NCBI GenBank assembly: GCA_963796955.1
Contig: CAWCNJ010000004.1
Span: forward strand, 96,001 to 160,000
DNA length: 64,000 nt
Direction of reading: 5' to 3'
Source of the DNA: Endomicrobiales bacterium
GTDB lineage: Bacteria; Elusimicrobiota; Endomicrobiia; Endomicrobiales; JALOBY01
Below, one piece after another: positions 31,801-46,800 of the stretch (position 1 is its first letter; each line of letters begins with the position of its first letter). Made by a program: the position numbers and the translations under genes. The notes below the pieces were generated by a model. It was not told the origin of the DNA. It did no database searches and worked only from the letters and a program-made list of their open reading frames with translations.

Positions 31801-34800
31801 AACTATTCTGTGCAGGCGCGTTCATTTGATACCGCCGGAAACCAGACCCTTGGCTCTATCGTTTCATTTATGTATGATTCTACGGCGCCGGTTGCCGCGA
31901 TAACGCTGCCGAACATGCCGTTCATGAAGTCCCTTGCGACGATCTCCGGCACGGCCGCGGACATCGACCCTGTTGCCCCGGGTGTTAAATCGGGTCTTGC
32001 GAAAGTTCAGGTCGCTGTAGTGCAGGGCGCAAATTTCTGGGATCAGGATGCCAATGTTTTCTCAGCCGGCGCTAAATGGTACGATGCTGCCGGGACGAAC
32101 AACTGGACCTGGTCCGACCCGGACCTTGTCTGGGTAGACGGCACGGCCTACGAAGTCCGCGCACGCGCGATCGATAATGCGGCTAATATCCAGCCGGTAG
32201 TTGCGGCATACGATTTTACCTATGATTCCGTGCTGGCTTCAGCTACGATCACTGCCCCAATAGATGGGCATGCGTATAACGGTGTTGCCTCCATCGCTGG
32301 TACGGCAAGCGATTCGATCGCGGGCCTCAAGCGTGTTGAAGTTGTAATGCGTGACCTGGGAGCCTTCGGATCGGACGGTTTCTGGAACCCTGCCACCGGT
32401 AACTTTGACCAGACATATACGGCGGCTTCCTGGGGAGTTGCTGCGGGTCTGGCAAACTGGACCTTAAGCAGTTCTTCTTTCACCCTGGTTACGGGCCACA
32501 GCTACCGCGCGATAGCCCGCGCCATCGACAACGCCGATAATACGCCGGCGGATCCCATATGGACGGGTGTGTGGGGAACAACGTTCCGCTTCGACAACCA
32601 GCGGCCTGTTTCTCTTACCACATCACCGGTTGACGGCGGTTTCTATAACTACGATTTCACCGGCATTTATGGTACTGCCAACGATACGCCTTATGGCAAC
32701 AGCGGACTGGCATTTGTTAAATATGCCATTCAGGATTCCAACGGTAAATGGTACGATGGTACCACTAACTGGACAGCCAGTTCGTTCCCCGGATGGGACA
32801 ACACTTCGTTAGTTGACGGTAACCCCGGCACCTGGAGCAAGACACTGAACGCATCGCCCTGGAAGGATGGCTACAAGTACTCAATTACGGCCTATGCCCA
32901 GGACAACGCCTCTAACGCCGAAATTGCATTCTCTACCATTACCTTCATGTTCGATAAGACCGCCCCTGTTTCCCAGGTGAACCTGCCGGTAAACAACAAA
33001 CAGTATAATTCTCTTACCTATGTATGGGGCGCTTCTACCGATACTACCGTATCGGCGGGCGGTCAAACATCAGGCGTACAATCAGTAGGACTGCGCGTTA
33101 AACGCGAATCCGACGGGTGGTATTTAAACAACAGCGGTGTCTGGCAAAGCGGCGTGCCTGCTGCTCTACCGCAATGCACGCTTGGTGTATCTAGTTTTAC
33201 GTTCACGGCACTGGATTCTTACTGGACCGATAACACCAGCTATACGGTAACCGCCCTTGCAACTGACCGTGCCGGCAATGCGGCTTACGGCCAGTCATCC
33301 TATTTCGTTTTTGACGCGTCGGCGCCTGTGTCTGCGATCACCTTGCCTGCGACCGATGGTCAGGTCATGACAACCCTTGCATCCATAGCCGGCGGCTCGC
33401 AAGATCTTGTTGCCGGCGGCCTTGGACAGGTGGCAGCGGTCAGCATTCGCATTCAGCGCGTTACGGTAAACGACTCTAAAGTTATGGACGGTTCCTGGTG
33501 TAACGGCCCCGGCTGGGATAGTAACTCTAACAACTGGCTGCCTGCCGTATGGAACGGCGGCGCCGGAACCTGGAGCTATTCAACTTCCAATATAGCTTTT
33601 GACTACAACGGCGGCTACCGCGTGGACGTGCGCGCAATGGACGTTGCCGGTAACTACGAATCTGTTTTCCCGACCCGCACCTTTATTTTCCGTCCGCCGG
33701 CTTCCGTTACTACGGTAAGTACGCCGGTGCACGCGAGCTTCTATAAGACGGTGGGTTCCCTTACCGGCACCGGCAACGATCAAACCAGGACGCTGCTGAC
33801 AAGCATTCAAAGAATGTCGGACGGTGCTTTCTACGACGGTTCCAGCTCTTCATGGACGGTGGTTTACGCGACGGGCGTTTGGCTGAACATCGTGCCGTCG
33901 TCACCTTCATGGTCCATGACGCTGCCGGAGTCCTTGTGGGTCAGCGGTTCTTCTTACACGGTTCGCTCACGGGGTTTATCGGTCTGGAATATCTGGGAGA
34001 ACAGTTCGCTGATAACACCGCCGGCTGCCAATGCCGTTACTTTCACGGTCGATACCGTTGAGCCGCTATCAGCTGTTTCGCAGCCGGCCAACAACGGATA
34101 TTATAATTCGCTGACAACGCTCTCCGGCACGGGCACGGACGCGACCTCCGGCGTTAAGACCGTAGAAGTGCTGATCAAGTCCGGATTGCAGTATTTCAAT
34201 ATCAATACTTCCGCCTGGACCGGTGTTGAAACCTGGAACCCGGCCTCATATGCGAATGGCAATTGGCAGTCTATCCTCTTGTCCAGCTGCGCTGCCGCGG
34301 CCTGGGCGGACGGCACCACGTATCTGGTGAAGTCCCGCGCCAGCGACAACACCCTGCCGCTGCCGGGTAATCAGGAAAACAGCGGCTCGGGTAACGCCGG
34401 GGTAAGTTTTACCTACGATCTTTCACTCCCGACGGCAACGATCACAGCTCCGGCCAGCGGTCAGCCGGTTTATAAGACGCTGACGTTCTTATCCGGACAA
34501 ATGTTGGATAACGCTCCTCAGACGGTGCAGGTTATGGTGCAGCAGCTTAATCCTTCCAGCTACTGGACGGGATCCGGCTGGCAGGCAAGCCCTGCGGTTT
34601 GGATCTCTTCGGGCGCCGGCTCGCCGCTGGCGGTGTATCAGTCTTCCTGGGTGTTAACCTCTCCCGTATGGACGAGCGCCAAAAAGTACATTATTTCAGT
34701 CAAAGCGCGCGATAAAGCGGGCAACTGGCAGAGCGGTTTTGCCGTAGGCACGAGCTCGAATTCTTTCATTATCGACCAGGACGCGCCGGCGGCCGTTGTC

Positions 34801-37800
34801 GCATCTCCTGCCCCGAACGGTATCTATAATGCGTCTCTCACCGCGATCACCGGTACCGCGCTGGATCCGTTCGCGCCGAACAACATCGGCATGTCACTGG
34901 GCAACCGCGTGAAATTGGTCATTAAGGATACGGACGATAACACGTACTGGAACGGTTCAGCCTGGTCGGTGAGCGTTTCAACGGTATACGCTACCAATGA
35001 TTCCGGCGACTGGACCGCTTGGCATTACCCGATCGCCTCCTGGATAAGCGACCGCAACTACACTGTTCAAGCCTGGGCGATAGATGACCTGGATAACGAA
35101 CAAACGGTTCCCGCGGGCTTCAGTATGGTCGTTGATACAACGCCGCCGGTAAGCTCGATAGATTATCCTGCTAATAACCAGATATTCAATTCCCTGCCGA
35201 CCCTTTCGGGTTCGGCGAACGCACAGCTTTCGGGCCTGTCCGGGCTTGACGTGCGCATCAGCTCCTGGACGGGCGCCGGCTGGTCCGTGCTGCCGGCTTA
35301 CAATTTTGTTCCTGCGACTATCTATCAGACCAGCTGGACCTTTACTGGTATAGCGGGCCTGGTAAGCGGCGTTACGTATCAGGCCGTAGCCCGTGCAAAA
35401 GACAATGCCGGTAACTATGATGTTAAGTTGTCTACGGTCAGTTTTGTATTTTTCACCGGCGCACCCACGGTCGTTATCGGCCAGCCCCTGTCCGGCGCTT
35501 TCTATGGGCCGGCGTACACCGTGCCGCTCAGCTCCGGTACCGCGACAGATCCTTTCGGCGTCAACCGGGTTGAGATAAGCATTTCACGCAATGATGGTAA
35601 GTATTGGAACCGTCCCAACAGCTGGGTAGTCCAGAGCAGCTGGCAGGTAACATCCGGCACGCTGCTGTGGTCTATCGCCAATCCCGCGTTCGAAGACGGC
35701 TACGTATACACCTTGTCAGCGCAGGCCACCAACACCGCGGGCAATACCTCGATCCCGGTCACTAAAACATTTACCTATGATAGTAATGTGCCAACGGTCT
35801 CCCTGCAAACACCTTCAACCTCGTACTATCATTCATTACCGAATATTTCAGGGACGGCTGCAGACCCTGCGGGCACCATTGGTACGAACCGTTCCGGACT
35901 TGGGCATGTGGATGTCGCGATACAGAACGACCCCGACTTCAACGGTAAATTCTGGAACCCGATCACGCATAGCTGGAACCTGGATACGCTGGGAACAGCC
36001 TGGTTCAATGCTACCGGCGATCTTGCGGGTCTTCCTTCATCTTCATGGAGCGTGCCTGCCGCTTCCACCCCGACCTGGGTAAGCAACCAGAAGTATAACG
36101 TGTCCATACGCTCAGTCGACCAAAGCGGCAACGCTTCCACCGTTATCAGCCAGGCTTTTGTGTATGATACTGATGCCCCGCTGGTTGCCATCTCGCTGCC
36201 AAGCCTGAGCTACTATAATAATCTGCCGACCATTACCGGTTCGGCCTCCGATGCCAATGATAAGGGCGGCGTCACCAATGTCCAGGTACGCATAAAGAAC
36301 TACACATTCACAAAATACTGGAACAATGTAAGCCAGGCTTTCGACATAGATGATACTGATGTCGCGCGTGAATCTTCGTGGTATACGCCGACAAACCAAT
36401 CGGGTACCTGGTCGGTATGGACGGCAACGTTCACCTGGGCCAGCGGATTTAAATATCAAATAGAGGCGCGAGCGCAGGATAATTCCGGCAATTACAGTGT
36501 GGTGTATGCCACGGCGAACTTCCGCTACGATACGCAGGCGCCAACGGCGGCGTTGGGCTTCTCCGGCTCAGGGTAGTTTTGTTCTCTCAATACCGGGCAA
36601 CGCCTTTACGGGAACCGCGCAGGACGTTCCCGCAGTCGCTGTCGGCAACAGCTACGGCGGCGCAGGGGTCTCTCAGATCGAATTCGCGATGCAGAATAAG
36701 TTAACGGGCAAGTGGTGGAACGGCGTTGATTTCAGCGCTTCCGGGGCACAGGCGTTCACCCGGCGCCATTCCCGGCGAGCCGATAGCCTGGAACTTTGCG
36801 GCCATGTCACTGACCAGCGGTGCCAGCTACTATATCACTCTGCGAACTCATGATAATGCCACCAATGTTCAGGACTTTATGGTAAATGGCGGCACGTTCA
36901 CTTTTGACACACGCCGCGGTATCAACTATTACGCTTGTTGGTGCTTCGTTCAGTTCACTTAACACTATTTCCGGAACGGCGGTAGATTATCCTGGTAATG
37001 CGGGCGGCCAGGCCGCCGGTGTAGGCTCGGTCGGGCTCTCGGTTTTGCGAGTAAGCGACGGCTACTACTGGACGGGCACCGCTGATCTGTGGGCATCTGC
37101 CACGTACTACGCCACCATGTCCGGCACCAATAACTGGCAAAGCGTAACGCTGCCGCCCTGGGCCAGCGGTGAGAAATACCGACTCCAGAGCAAGAGCTGG
37201 GATAACGCCCTGCCTGCGCCCGGTAACGACGAACAGATACTGTGCACCCGCTATTTTGTGTTCGATTCCAGCGCGCCGAGCATTGCGGTAAGCGGCCCGG
37301 TGAACGGGAAGATCTACAGCACACTGAGCACCATAACCGGCTCGGCGCAGGAATATCCGCTGGCTAACAATTCGGGGCTTAACAGAATAGACCTGAACCT
37401 GGCGGATAATACGAACGGTATGTGCTGGACAGGTTCAAGCTGGACGGTAACAGCGCAGTGGAACAGCATACCTCTCAGCGGCTCGGCGGCAAATTGGCAA
37501 TACAACTCTCTCGGCAGCGCCTTTACCAGCGGCCATACGTATACCGCCACCCTGCGCGCCTATGACACGCTCGGCAATACCCTGGCCCAGCCGACGGTAG
37601 TGAATTTTACCTTCGACAATACGCCGCCGGTTTCATTCGTGACCATCCCGGCCGAGAACATAGGCTACAATTCAACTACGCAGGTGCTCTCCACTGTATC
37701 GGGAACCGCGATGGATGTTACCGCGGGTGTAACATCGGTGAATGTATCCATCAAGGTCAATGATTACCCATCATTCGGCAATTATCGCTGGTGGAATGCA

Positions 37801-40800
37801 TCCCTTTCTACCTTCTCAGCCACCAGTGAAATGTGGAACCCGGCCCAGATATATGCGGTTAACGGTGCGACCTCTTCGTGGCGCCTAATTATCTCATCTA
37901 TGTCTTGGTTGTCTCCCTACACCTACGTTATCAGAACACAGGCGGCCGACCTTACCGATTTCACATCGAATGTCGAATCGTCTCTGCCGCAGCGCAATTT
38001 CAGCGTCGATTCAACGCTGCCGAACTCAACGGTCGGTTATCCGGTAAACGGCGCAAGCTATGTGACACTTGCCTCTATCACAGGAACAGCGGAAGCGATA
38101 CCTTCCGGGATAGCTTCCATGCAGATACGTATATCTGCAGAAGCGGCCGGCAGCGCTCCGTCCAATAAAGACTGGGGCGGCGTGGCGGCGGGCTGGGTGG
38201 CGCAGCCTAACTGGGTATCCTGCAGTGTGACAGCCTTTGCTACTTCAGCGACCTGGACATACAGCGATATACCCGCGAATTGGCCTACCAGCGCACATTA
38301 TTATCAGATACAATCAAGGGCTACTTCCCGAGCCCAGAACATTGAAGTACCCACTGTCGTTACCCGTTTCTCGGCGGATAACCAGCCGCCCGCAGCGTAC
38401 ATAGGCGTGCCGGCGAACGGCACGGGTTACAATAATTCCACCAAGCCCATCACCTCTATCACCGGTACAGCTACGGATGATTTTTCCGGTATAAATAATA
38501 TTTATGTACGTGTGCAGGATATGTATACGGGCATGTATTTCGATGGCACGGACTTTGAACAGGCGAACGGCACTCTGCCCAGCGTCTGGCTCCTTGCCTA
38601 CAGCACGAATGTGGCGAATGTGCTGGGGCCGCAGACATGGAACTATAACGAAACCCTGAACTATAAGAGCGGGCGTGCGTATAACGTGGTCGTAAGGCCA
38701 GACGATAAAGCCGGCAACGTACTGACAAATTTTGTGGTTGGAACAGCAAGCAATACGTTCTCGTATGATATTGAACCGCCTACTTCGACGGTGCTTATGC
38801 CCTACGGTAACGGGTTGTATTTCAGCAGTATGACGGTGATCTCCGGCACCGCCCAGGACCTTACGGCGACCGGTGTGATAACCTCGGGCGTGGCAAAAGA
38901 TTATCTTACCGTTTCGTATCTTTCCGGCGGCGCGACCTACTATTGGACCGGTGACAACATAACGTATGGCGCCTGGTGGAGTTCTTCAACGTATCCAGCG
39001 AACGGCGTGCAGTGCGCGGGAACAACCAGCTGGAACTATACGCACGCCAAATTCGTAGACGGCTCCGCCTGGACCCCCGGCGTAACCTACACCGTTAACC
39101 TTAAGGCCGTTGACAACGCCGACAACATTCAAAACCCGGGTTACACCACCACCTTCATGTTCGATAATGTTAAGCCGCTGGCGACTATCGGTTCACCGCT
39201 GGGAGGCGCCTATAAGGATCTGGATGTTATTAACGGCACGGCCTATGACCAGCATAGTAAGATAAGTGCTGTGCAGCTGTGTGTTAACCTTAACGGTACC
39301 ACCTGGTATTGGGACGGCGGTGCCTGGATCACCAGCCTGACCGATGTGTACTTTACCGTCGGTTCCTACAACCAGCAGACGGTTGCCTGGTCGTACACCG
39401 TACCAACGCCGGTCACTACCTGGGCGGACGGTAAAATTTATATTCTGAAAGCCCGCTCCATTGACGCGGCAATGAACGTCGGCGATCAGTCCGATGCGGC
39501 TGCATTCACCAGCGACCGGAGCGCGCCGGTATCAGCCTTGCAATATCCCAAAGACGGATTGTTCTATAAGAACATTACTATAATCAGCGGCACCGCCCAG
39601 GACTTCCCTGCGTCACCGCTTAACCATGCCGACATCGGTGCTAATACCGCGAACGTAGTGGTTACCATACAGGATGCCTCCAGCGGCCAGTATTGGGTCG
39701 GCGGGCCTACCTGGAGCGTTAACTTCAGTTCTCACGCGGTCGATTCAATACTGTTCGGCGGCGGGGTGTTCAACTGGTCGTTGTCCGCGCTGCCGGTGTT
39801 TGCCAATAACTCTTCTTATCGCATCAATGTTATAGCGCGCGACCAGGTGCTGAATGTTCAGAACTGGGAAAACTTCGGCAGCAAGCCCGGCGTATTGATC
39901 GGCATAGATTCGCTGAACCCGCAGGTGCAGGTAAGCGTGCCGCAAAACGGTCAGGTTTACCAGTCCCTTGCGGCTATCACCGGGACGGCGGTAGACGTGG
40001 GGCCGGCCGGTGTTGCTCAGGTTCAGATCGGCGTCAAGGATGTCTCCGGCGAATATTGGAGCGATATTTCACACAGCTGGCAGAGCCCTGCGGGCATTCT
40101 GTGGAATGTGCTGTCAACAACTTCTCCCTGGACAGATTCGGATATTAATGATCATAATGGTTGGGTCAGCGGTAATTCCTATACGCTCTACGCGCGGGCG
40201 CTGGATAACGCCGGTAACCTTTGCGAATGGACGACAACCACCTTCCAGCTTGACTGGGTGCCGCCAATGTCCCAACCTCAAGTGCCAGCCGCTAATGACT
40301 GCCGCAACAGCGCGATCACCACGATAACCGGTACAGCCCAGGATACGGTGCCCGGCACCGGTGTCAGCGAAGTTCGTTTCCGCATCCAGCGTTCTGACGG
40401 CCAGTGGTTTACGGGACTCTCGTTCGGTTCCAGCGACCCGGTATGGGTCGGCGGCGTAACGCTTACACCCGGAACACCCTATACCTGGCAAAAAGATGTA
40501 TCAGGTATATTCCAGGCGGGTTACAGCTATAGCTTTAACAGCCGGGCACGCGACCTGGTGAACATGCCGGTAGACAATAACTGGGAAGTAGCGTTCACCA
40601 CACACACCTACATTTTTGATACTGCAGCGCCGGTCTCCGCTGTTACCATGCCGGGCAACAATACATGGCGCAATACCCTGCCGGTAATTTCAGGAACAAT
40701 GATAGACCCGGCGCAGGTGGGTTCGGGTGCCGCGCCCTCGGGCGTCGTCAGCGTGGAAGTCTCCATTCAAAGGATGAGCGATAACCTTTACTGGAATAAC

Positions 40801-43800
40801 AGCGGCTTTGCGACCGCGGTCTCAAGCTTTATGGCGGCAGCGGTATGGAATTCTTCCTGGACCTATAATTTCAGCGACAGTTACTGGACTACCAACACCT
40901 CTTACACCGTGATTTGTCGCGCTTCCGACCGCGCCGGTAATCTGGCATGGGGCACAACCAACTACTTTATTTTTGATACAACCGCCCCGGTCTCGGCTGT
41001 TGCCCTGCCGGCCGGCACCCCGGGCCAGTACCCGACCGTTACCCAGATGCCGACATTTACCGGTACGGCTTCCGATACACAGCCGGGCAGCATAAATCGC
41101 GTGCAGGTACAGATAAAACATCCGGGCTCGCCTGATACCTACTGGGACAACACCGTATGGGGCGGCGCGACCTGGCTTGATGGCGCCATCTATAATCCTA
41201 TTACGGGTGTGTGGACGTATAATACGGGTAGTGTCACCTGGTTCCCGGATCCGGGCAACGTCGGCCAGAATTACGAAGTGCGTTCACGCGCCATAGACCA
41301 GGCTGGCAATGTGCAAGGTGTTATTGCCTCTGAGGGCACGTTCATGCTTGTCCCGCCCAAGCCGCATTCTACTATAACAACTATCGTTAACGGCGCTTCC
41401 TACCAGACGCTGGGTTCTATCGGCGGCACCGCTTCACAGGCGAGCCTCGGCATAGCGGAAACCGCGAACGTTCAAATACTCATACAGCGGCTCTCAGATA
41501 ATAAGTATTACAATACGATCTCAACATCAACGGTCGGCTACTGGGTTTCGCAAACCAGCTGGATGGTAACTAACACAAGCCTTCCGACCTGGTCTTATTC
41601 CATTGAACCTTCAACGTTCTCGCACAATATACAATATAAAGTGTTGACAAGGGCGATAAGCATCGACGGAGTTCCGGAATGGAACCCGGCGCCCTACGGC
41701 AGCGACACCGTGCCGCCGGTCCCGAACTCATCCGTCAGTTTCTGGATAGACAGCCAGGCGCCTCTGCTTGCCATAGTCAAGCCGCAGTCTAATTTTGACA
41801 ATTCTACAACGGTAATTTCCGGCACCGCCCAGGATGTGCCGGCCGGGATAAACCATATTCAGATATCCGTGATGCGCAACAGTGATAACAAATTTTGGAA
41901 AACCTCCGATAACTCCTGGAACGTCGGCCAGGTGATGAACTCTACTTCTACCTGGGACGGCACGGTCTGGACCATGAACCTGCCGGTATCGCCCTGGATA
42001 GACGGCAACCAGTATCAGATAATTGCAAGCGCCTATGATAACGTGGTGCCGGTATCAAATCAAAGCAATGCGACTACCAATTTCGTTTACGATGTTTCAT
42101 ATCCGACGGCAACTATCACCTCTCCCGCGCACAAGAGCATTATTTCGGCGGTAGACACCATGAGCGGCGCCGCGATGGATACGGCCCCCGGGCAGCTGCA
42201 GCAGGTGGACGTGCTTATTCAGCGCGCCGACGGCCGTTACTGGAAAGATGATATAGCCGACCAGGGCTGGAAACTGACGCCCGCCTGGAATGCTACCACG
42301 CTCTATACCTCCAGCTGGACCTGGGTAAAACCCGCCGCCCTTTCCTGGAACGGGAATACCACTTATTACATTACGGCGCGCGCCCTTGACAAGGCCGGCA
42401 ACCAGCAGAATAATTTCATTCTGGGTTCCTCGTCGATAACGATCTACGACGACTTGATCGCTCCTACTATCACCATGACCTATCCGGCGAATAATACAGC
42501 CATAAACCCCGGCGCTTCCTTTAACTTTACCGGCAGTATTATTGATAACCTCGCCGGAGGTGCGACGGTGGAAATGTTGTTCAGCCGTTTCAATAGTAAT
42601 GGAACGACCGATTATTGGACGGGCGCCGCGTGGTCCGCTTCCAGCACCACCTTCCGGGCGGAAGAGCTCGGCTTGCCGGGCCTTACCCGTTCCTGGTCGG
42701 AACCCTTTGTGGCCGCCAATTGGCTTTCAGATATGCGCTACAATATTAAAGTGCGCGGTATCGACGATGCAAAACCCGTGGGCAATACCGGCGCCTGGCA
42801 TAATGGCGGGCTTGGCTATGATTTCGTGATTGACACGACTCCGCCCAACTCGCAGGTGAATATGCCGGTTGACGGGACAACCTACCGCTCCATGACGCAG
42901 ATATCCGGCACTGCCAACGCCGATATGGCCGGCGTCGCTTCGGTGGGAATAACCATTCAACGTATCGCCGGTATAAACAATGACGGGCACTATTGGAGCC
43001 ACTTTACAAACCAGTGGGTAGTTGGCTCTACGCTGTGCCCTGCGAACGTAGTGCAGGGAACGGGTACCAAATCCTGGACGTATAACATCGCCGACAGCAA
43101 CTGGACCAGCGGCACGCAGTACCGCATTGTCAGCCAGGTGATCGACCTTGCGGGCAAAGCCGATATCACGTTCAGCACTGCAACATTCGTATTTGATAAT
43201 ACCGTCCCGCAGGTTACGGTGCAAACCCCCTCATTACCGTTCTACGGACCAAGCCGCCTGCTGAATACTATTTCCGGAACCGCCCTGGATGATCCCGCAG
43301 CCGGTCTTACCGCCGGGATCGACAAGGTGTACGTACGCATTAAGCAGGGCGCCAACCAATACTGGTCCGGCAGCGGCTGGGTCGCTTCGTCAAGCTGGGT
43401 GGTGGTTGCCGGCGGCAACAGCTGGACGTATCCCGCGCCTGTCTGGACCGACGGCGTAAGCTATGTAGTGAATGCCCGCGCGGTAGACCTTGTCGGCAAC
43501 CTTTCAGGGTGGACGACTGCCAGCTTCCTGTGGGATGAAACCATACCTCAGGCAGTATTGCAGCAGCCGGACACGGATTTCGAGGCCGCCCCGCTTTCCA
43601 CACTCTCAGGCACCGCTTACGACCCGGGTGCGGCGAACCAGAAATCGTATTTGGATAAAGTTGAAATAGCCATACAGATCAATCCCTCAGCCAGCGGTAA
43701 CTACTGGAGCGGCAGCAGCTTCAACTCGTCGAGCATTCAGTGGCTGCCTACCAGCGCCAACGGTTTGGCGGATGGCATTGACACCGTTAATCCATGGACC

Positions 43801-46800
43801 TTTACCGGTTCCACGCCCACCTGGTCTGACGGTGTGGAATATAGCGTAAGCGTTCATTCAATTGATAAAGCCGGCAACACCTCGTCAGTCGCGTCAAAGA
43901 CGTTCCACTACGATGTGTCTTACCCGACGGCCAGCGTACAGAGCCCGCCCAACGGTTCCATAAATTCAGCGGTGGACAGCATAGGCGGCGCCGTAATGGA
44001 CAGCGCTCCGGGCCAGTTGCAGTCGGCCGCTGTTGCCATTCAGCGCTACGACGGAAAATATTGGAAGGACGATATAGCCGACCAGGGGTGGAAGGTTTCT
44101 TTGCCTATCTGGAACCCGGTAACGATGTTCGTTTCCAGCTGGACGTGGGTGAAACCGGGGACCCTTGACTGGGGCAACAACGCCACCTATTATATTACCG
44201 CGCGCGCCACGGACCAGGCCGGCAACGTGGAAAATAATTTTGTATTCGGCATTTCGTCGGTCACGTTCTACGCCGACAACCAGGCCCCGTCGGTGAGCAT
44301 GGATTATCCGGCTAATGGTTCAACCATCAGTCCTGTAAATTCATTTAACTTCTCGGGCAACATCCAGGATAACCTTGCCGGCGGCGACTACCGTTGAGCT
44401 GTTGTTCAGCCGTTTCAACAACGACAATACGACCAGCTACTGGAATGGCGGCGCCTGGATGCAGGGCAGTGCGGTAACATTCCGCGCAGACCAGCTGGGC
44501 CTGCCGGGATTGAACCGTTCGTGGGCTTATACCTTTAACGCGGCGAACTGGCAGTCCGATATGCGCTATAACGTAAAGGCGCGCGCCTACGATGATGCCA
44601 AACCCGTCGGGAACATGGGCGGCTGGCATAACGCGGGTCTTGGTTATGATTTCATAATAGATACGACGCCGCCCAACTCCCAGGTGAACATGCCGGTAGA
44701 CGGTTCAACGTATCGTACTATGACACAGATAAGCGGCACGGCTAACGCCGATATGGCCGGTGTCGCATCAGTGGGAATAACCATTCAGCGCATAGCAGGT
44801 ACGGCTCCTGACGGTAATTATTGGAGTAACTATTTAAACAACTGGGTCGGCTACTCCACGTCTTGCCCCGCGAACGTAACGCAAGGACCGGGAACAAAGT
44901 CGTGGACCTACGCTATCGCCGACAGCAACTGGACCAGCGGCACCCGCTATCGCATAGTCAGCCAGGTGCGCGACCTCGCGGGCAACGCCGAAATTTTGAT
45001 GAGCACCGCGACATTCGTGTTCGATAACAGCGCGCCGCAAGTAAGCGTGCAGGCGCCCGTCTCGCCGTTCTATGGGCCAAGCCGCCTGCTGGATACTATC
45101 ACGGGAACCGCCGCCGACAATCCTTCACCGGGCCTTACCGCCGGTGTTGATAAAGTATTTGTGCGTATTAAGCAGGGAGCCAACCAGTACTGGTCCGGTA
45201 CCGGCTGGGTCGCCTCCTCCAGCTGGGTCGTGGTCTCAGGCGGCATAAACTGGACGTATCCGTCACCTGCCTGGGCGGACGGCGCAAGCTATGTTATAAA
45301 TGCCCGGGCCGTAGACCTCGTCGGCAATTTGTCAGGCTGGACGACTTCGACCTTCCTGTGGGACCAGAGCCTGCCGCAGGTGGTCTTGCAACGCCCGGTC
45401 AATGATTTTGAGCCGGCTCCTCTGTCTCTGCTTTCGGGAACGGCATATGACCCCGGTTCAGCCGGTCAGAAATCGTACCTTGACCGGGTGGAAATAGCTA
45501 TTCAGGTGAACCCCGCTACCAACGGTAACTACTGGAGCGGTAGCAGCTTCAACACATCGGATATCCAGTGGCTGCCCACCAGCGCGAATGCGCTTGCGGA
45601 TGGTATCGATACCGTCAATCCCTGGACCTTCACGGGTTCCACGCCCACCTGGTTGTCCGGTACGTCGTATCAGGTAAGCGTTCACTCGGTGGATAAAGCG
45701 AACAACACCTCCACGGCAGCCGCGAAAACATTTATCTTTGATAATATAGCGCCGACCACCAAGCTGACGACGCCGCCGGGAGACGTGCTTACCACCAGGC
45801 AAAACACCATGACGTCCATTATCGGGACGGCGGCGGATACCGCGCCGGGTCTGCTGAACCGCGTTGAGATCCGCATCAAACATACCAGCTCCGGCTATTA
45901 TTGGAACCCCGCGACGCAGGCCTTCGAAGGTTTGGCAGCCGATAGCGCCTGGTTCATAGCGACGACCACGGTGACACCGGCGTACACCGTCTGGAATACC
46001 ACCCAATCGATCACCACTCTTTCCGATGGCACACAGTACCAGATCGTCGCGCGCGCGCTTGATATGGCCGGCAATTACCACGTGGCGTATACCACCGCAA
46101 ATTTTGTGTATGATATCTCTCCCGCCAGATCGTATGTTACGGTGCCCGGGGCCAACAGCACTATGTGCCAGCTGCCTTCGATGTCGGGGACCGCGGTAGA
46201 CGCAGCTGGGGGCTCGGTAACCCTGGTTAAAGTTGCCGTGCGCAACAACCGTAACGGAAAATGGTGGGGCGGTTCAGATTTTACGGAACCAACGCCGCTG
46301 TATCTGGATGCTCTTGGCACGAATCCATGGGGCTTTGACTGCACGGCCGCCGGAATGACCGCCATGCTTTCATCAGGTTCTTCTTATTATATTGTCACCC
46401 AGGCATGGGATAACGCCCTTAACACCGAAGCATATCCGGGGAATGGCCCTGTAACATTTATCTGGGACGTCACCAGCCCCACTTCAACCGTGGTTGTACC
46501 GGTCAATGGTTCCTCATATAATGCGCTGGCGACGATCACCGGCGCCGTCGCCGATGTGCTGCCGTTCGCCGGGGCAACACCGTCCGCGATCAACAAAGTA
46601 CAGGTCGCGGTGCAGGACCTTACCTACCCGACGACCTACTGGAGCTTCGCCACGGGCTGGCTTAATACGGCGCAGTGGAATGACGCCGTAACGTATCAAT
46701 CATCATGGACGTTTGCGAACATACCGCTATGGCAGTCGGGCCGCTTCTACGGTATTCGCTCAAGGGCCTTTGACAGCGCCTTGCCGCTCCCTGGCAATGA

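Noticed and set aside
42088..45736. Diversity-generating retroelement template/variable repeat pair
   Set aside because: The differences are mostly synonymous and not adenine-specific, the block is too long, and no reverse transcriptase is in the window.
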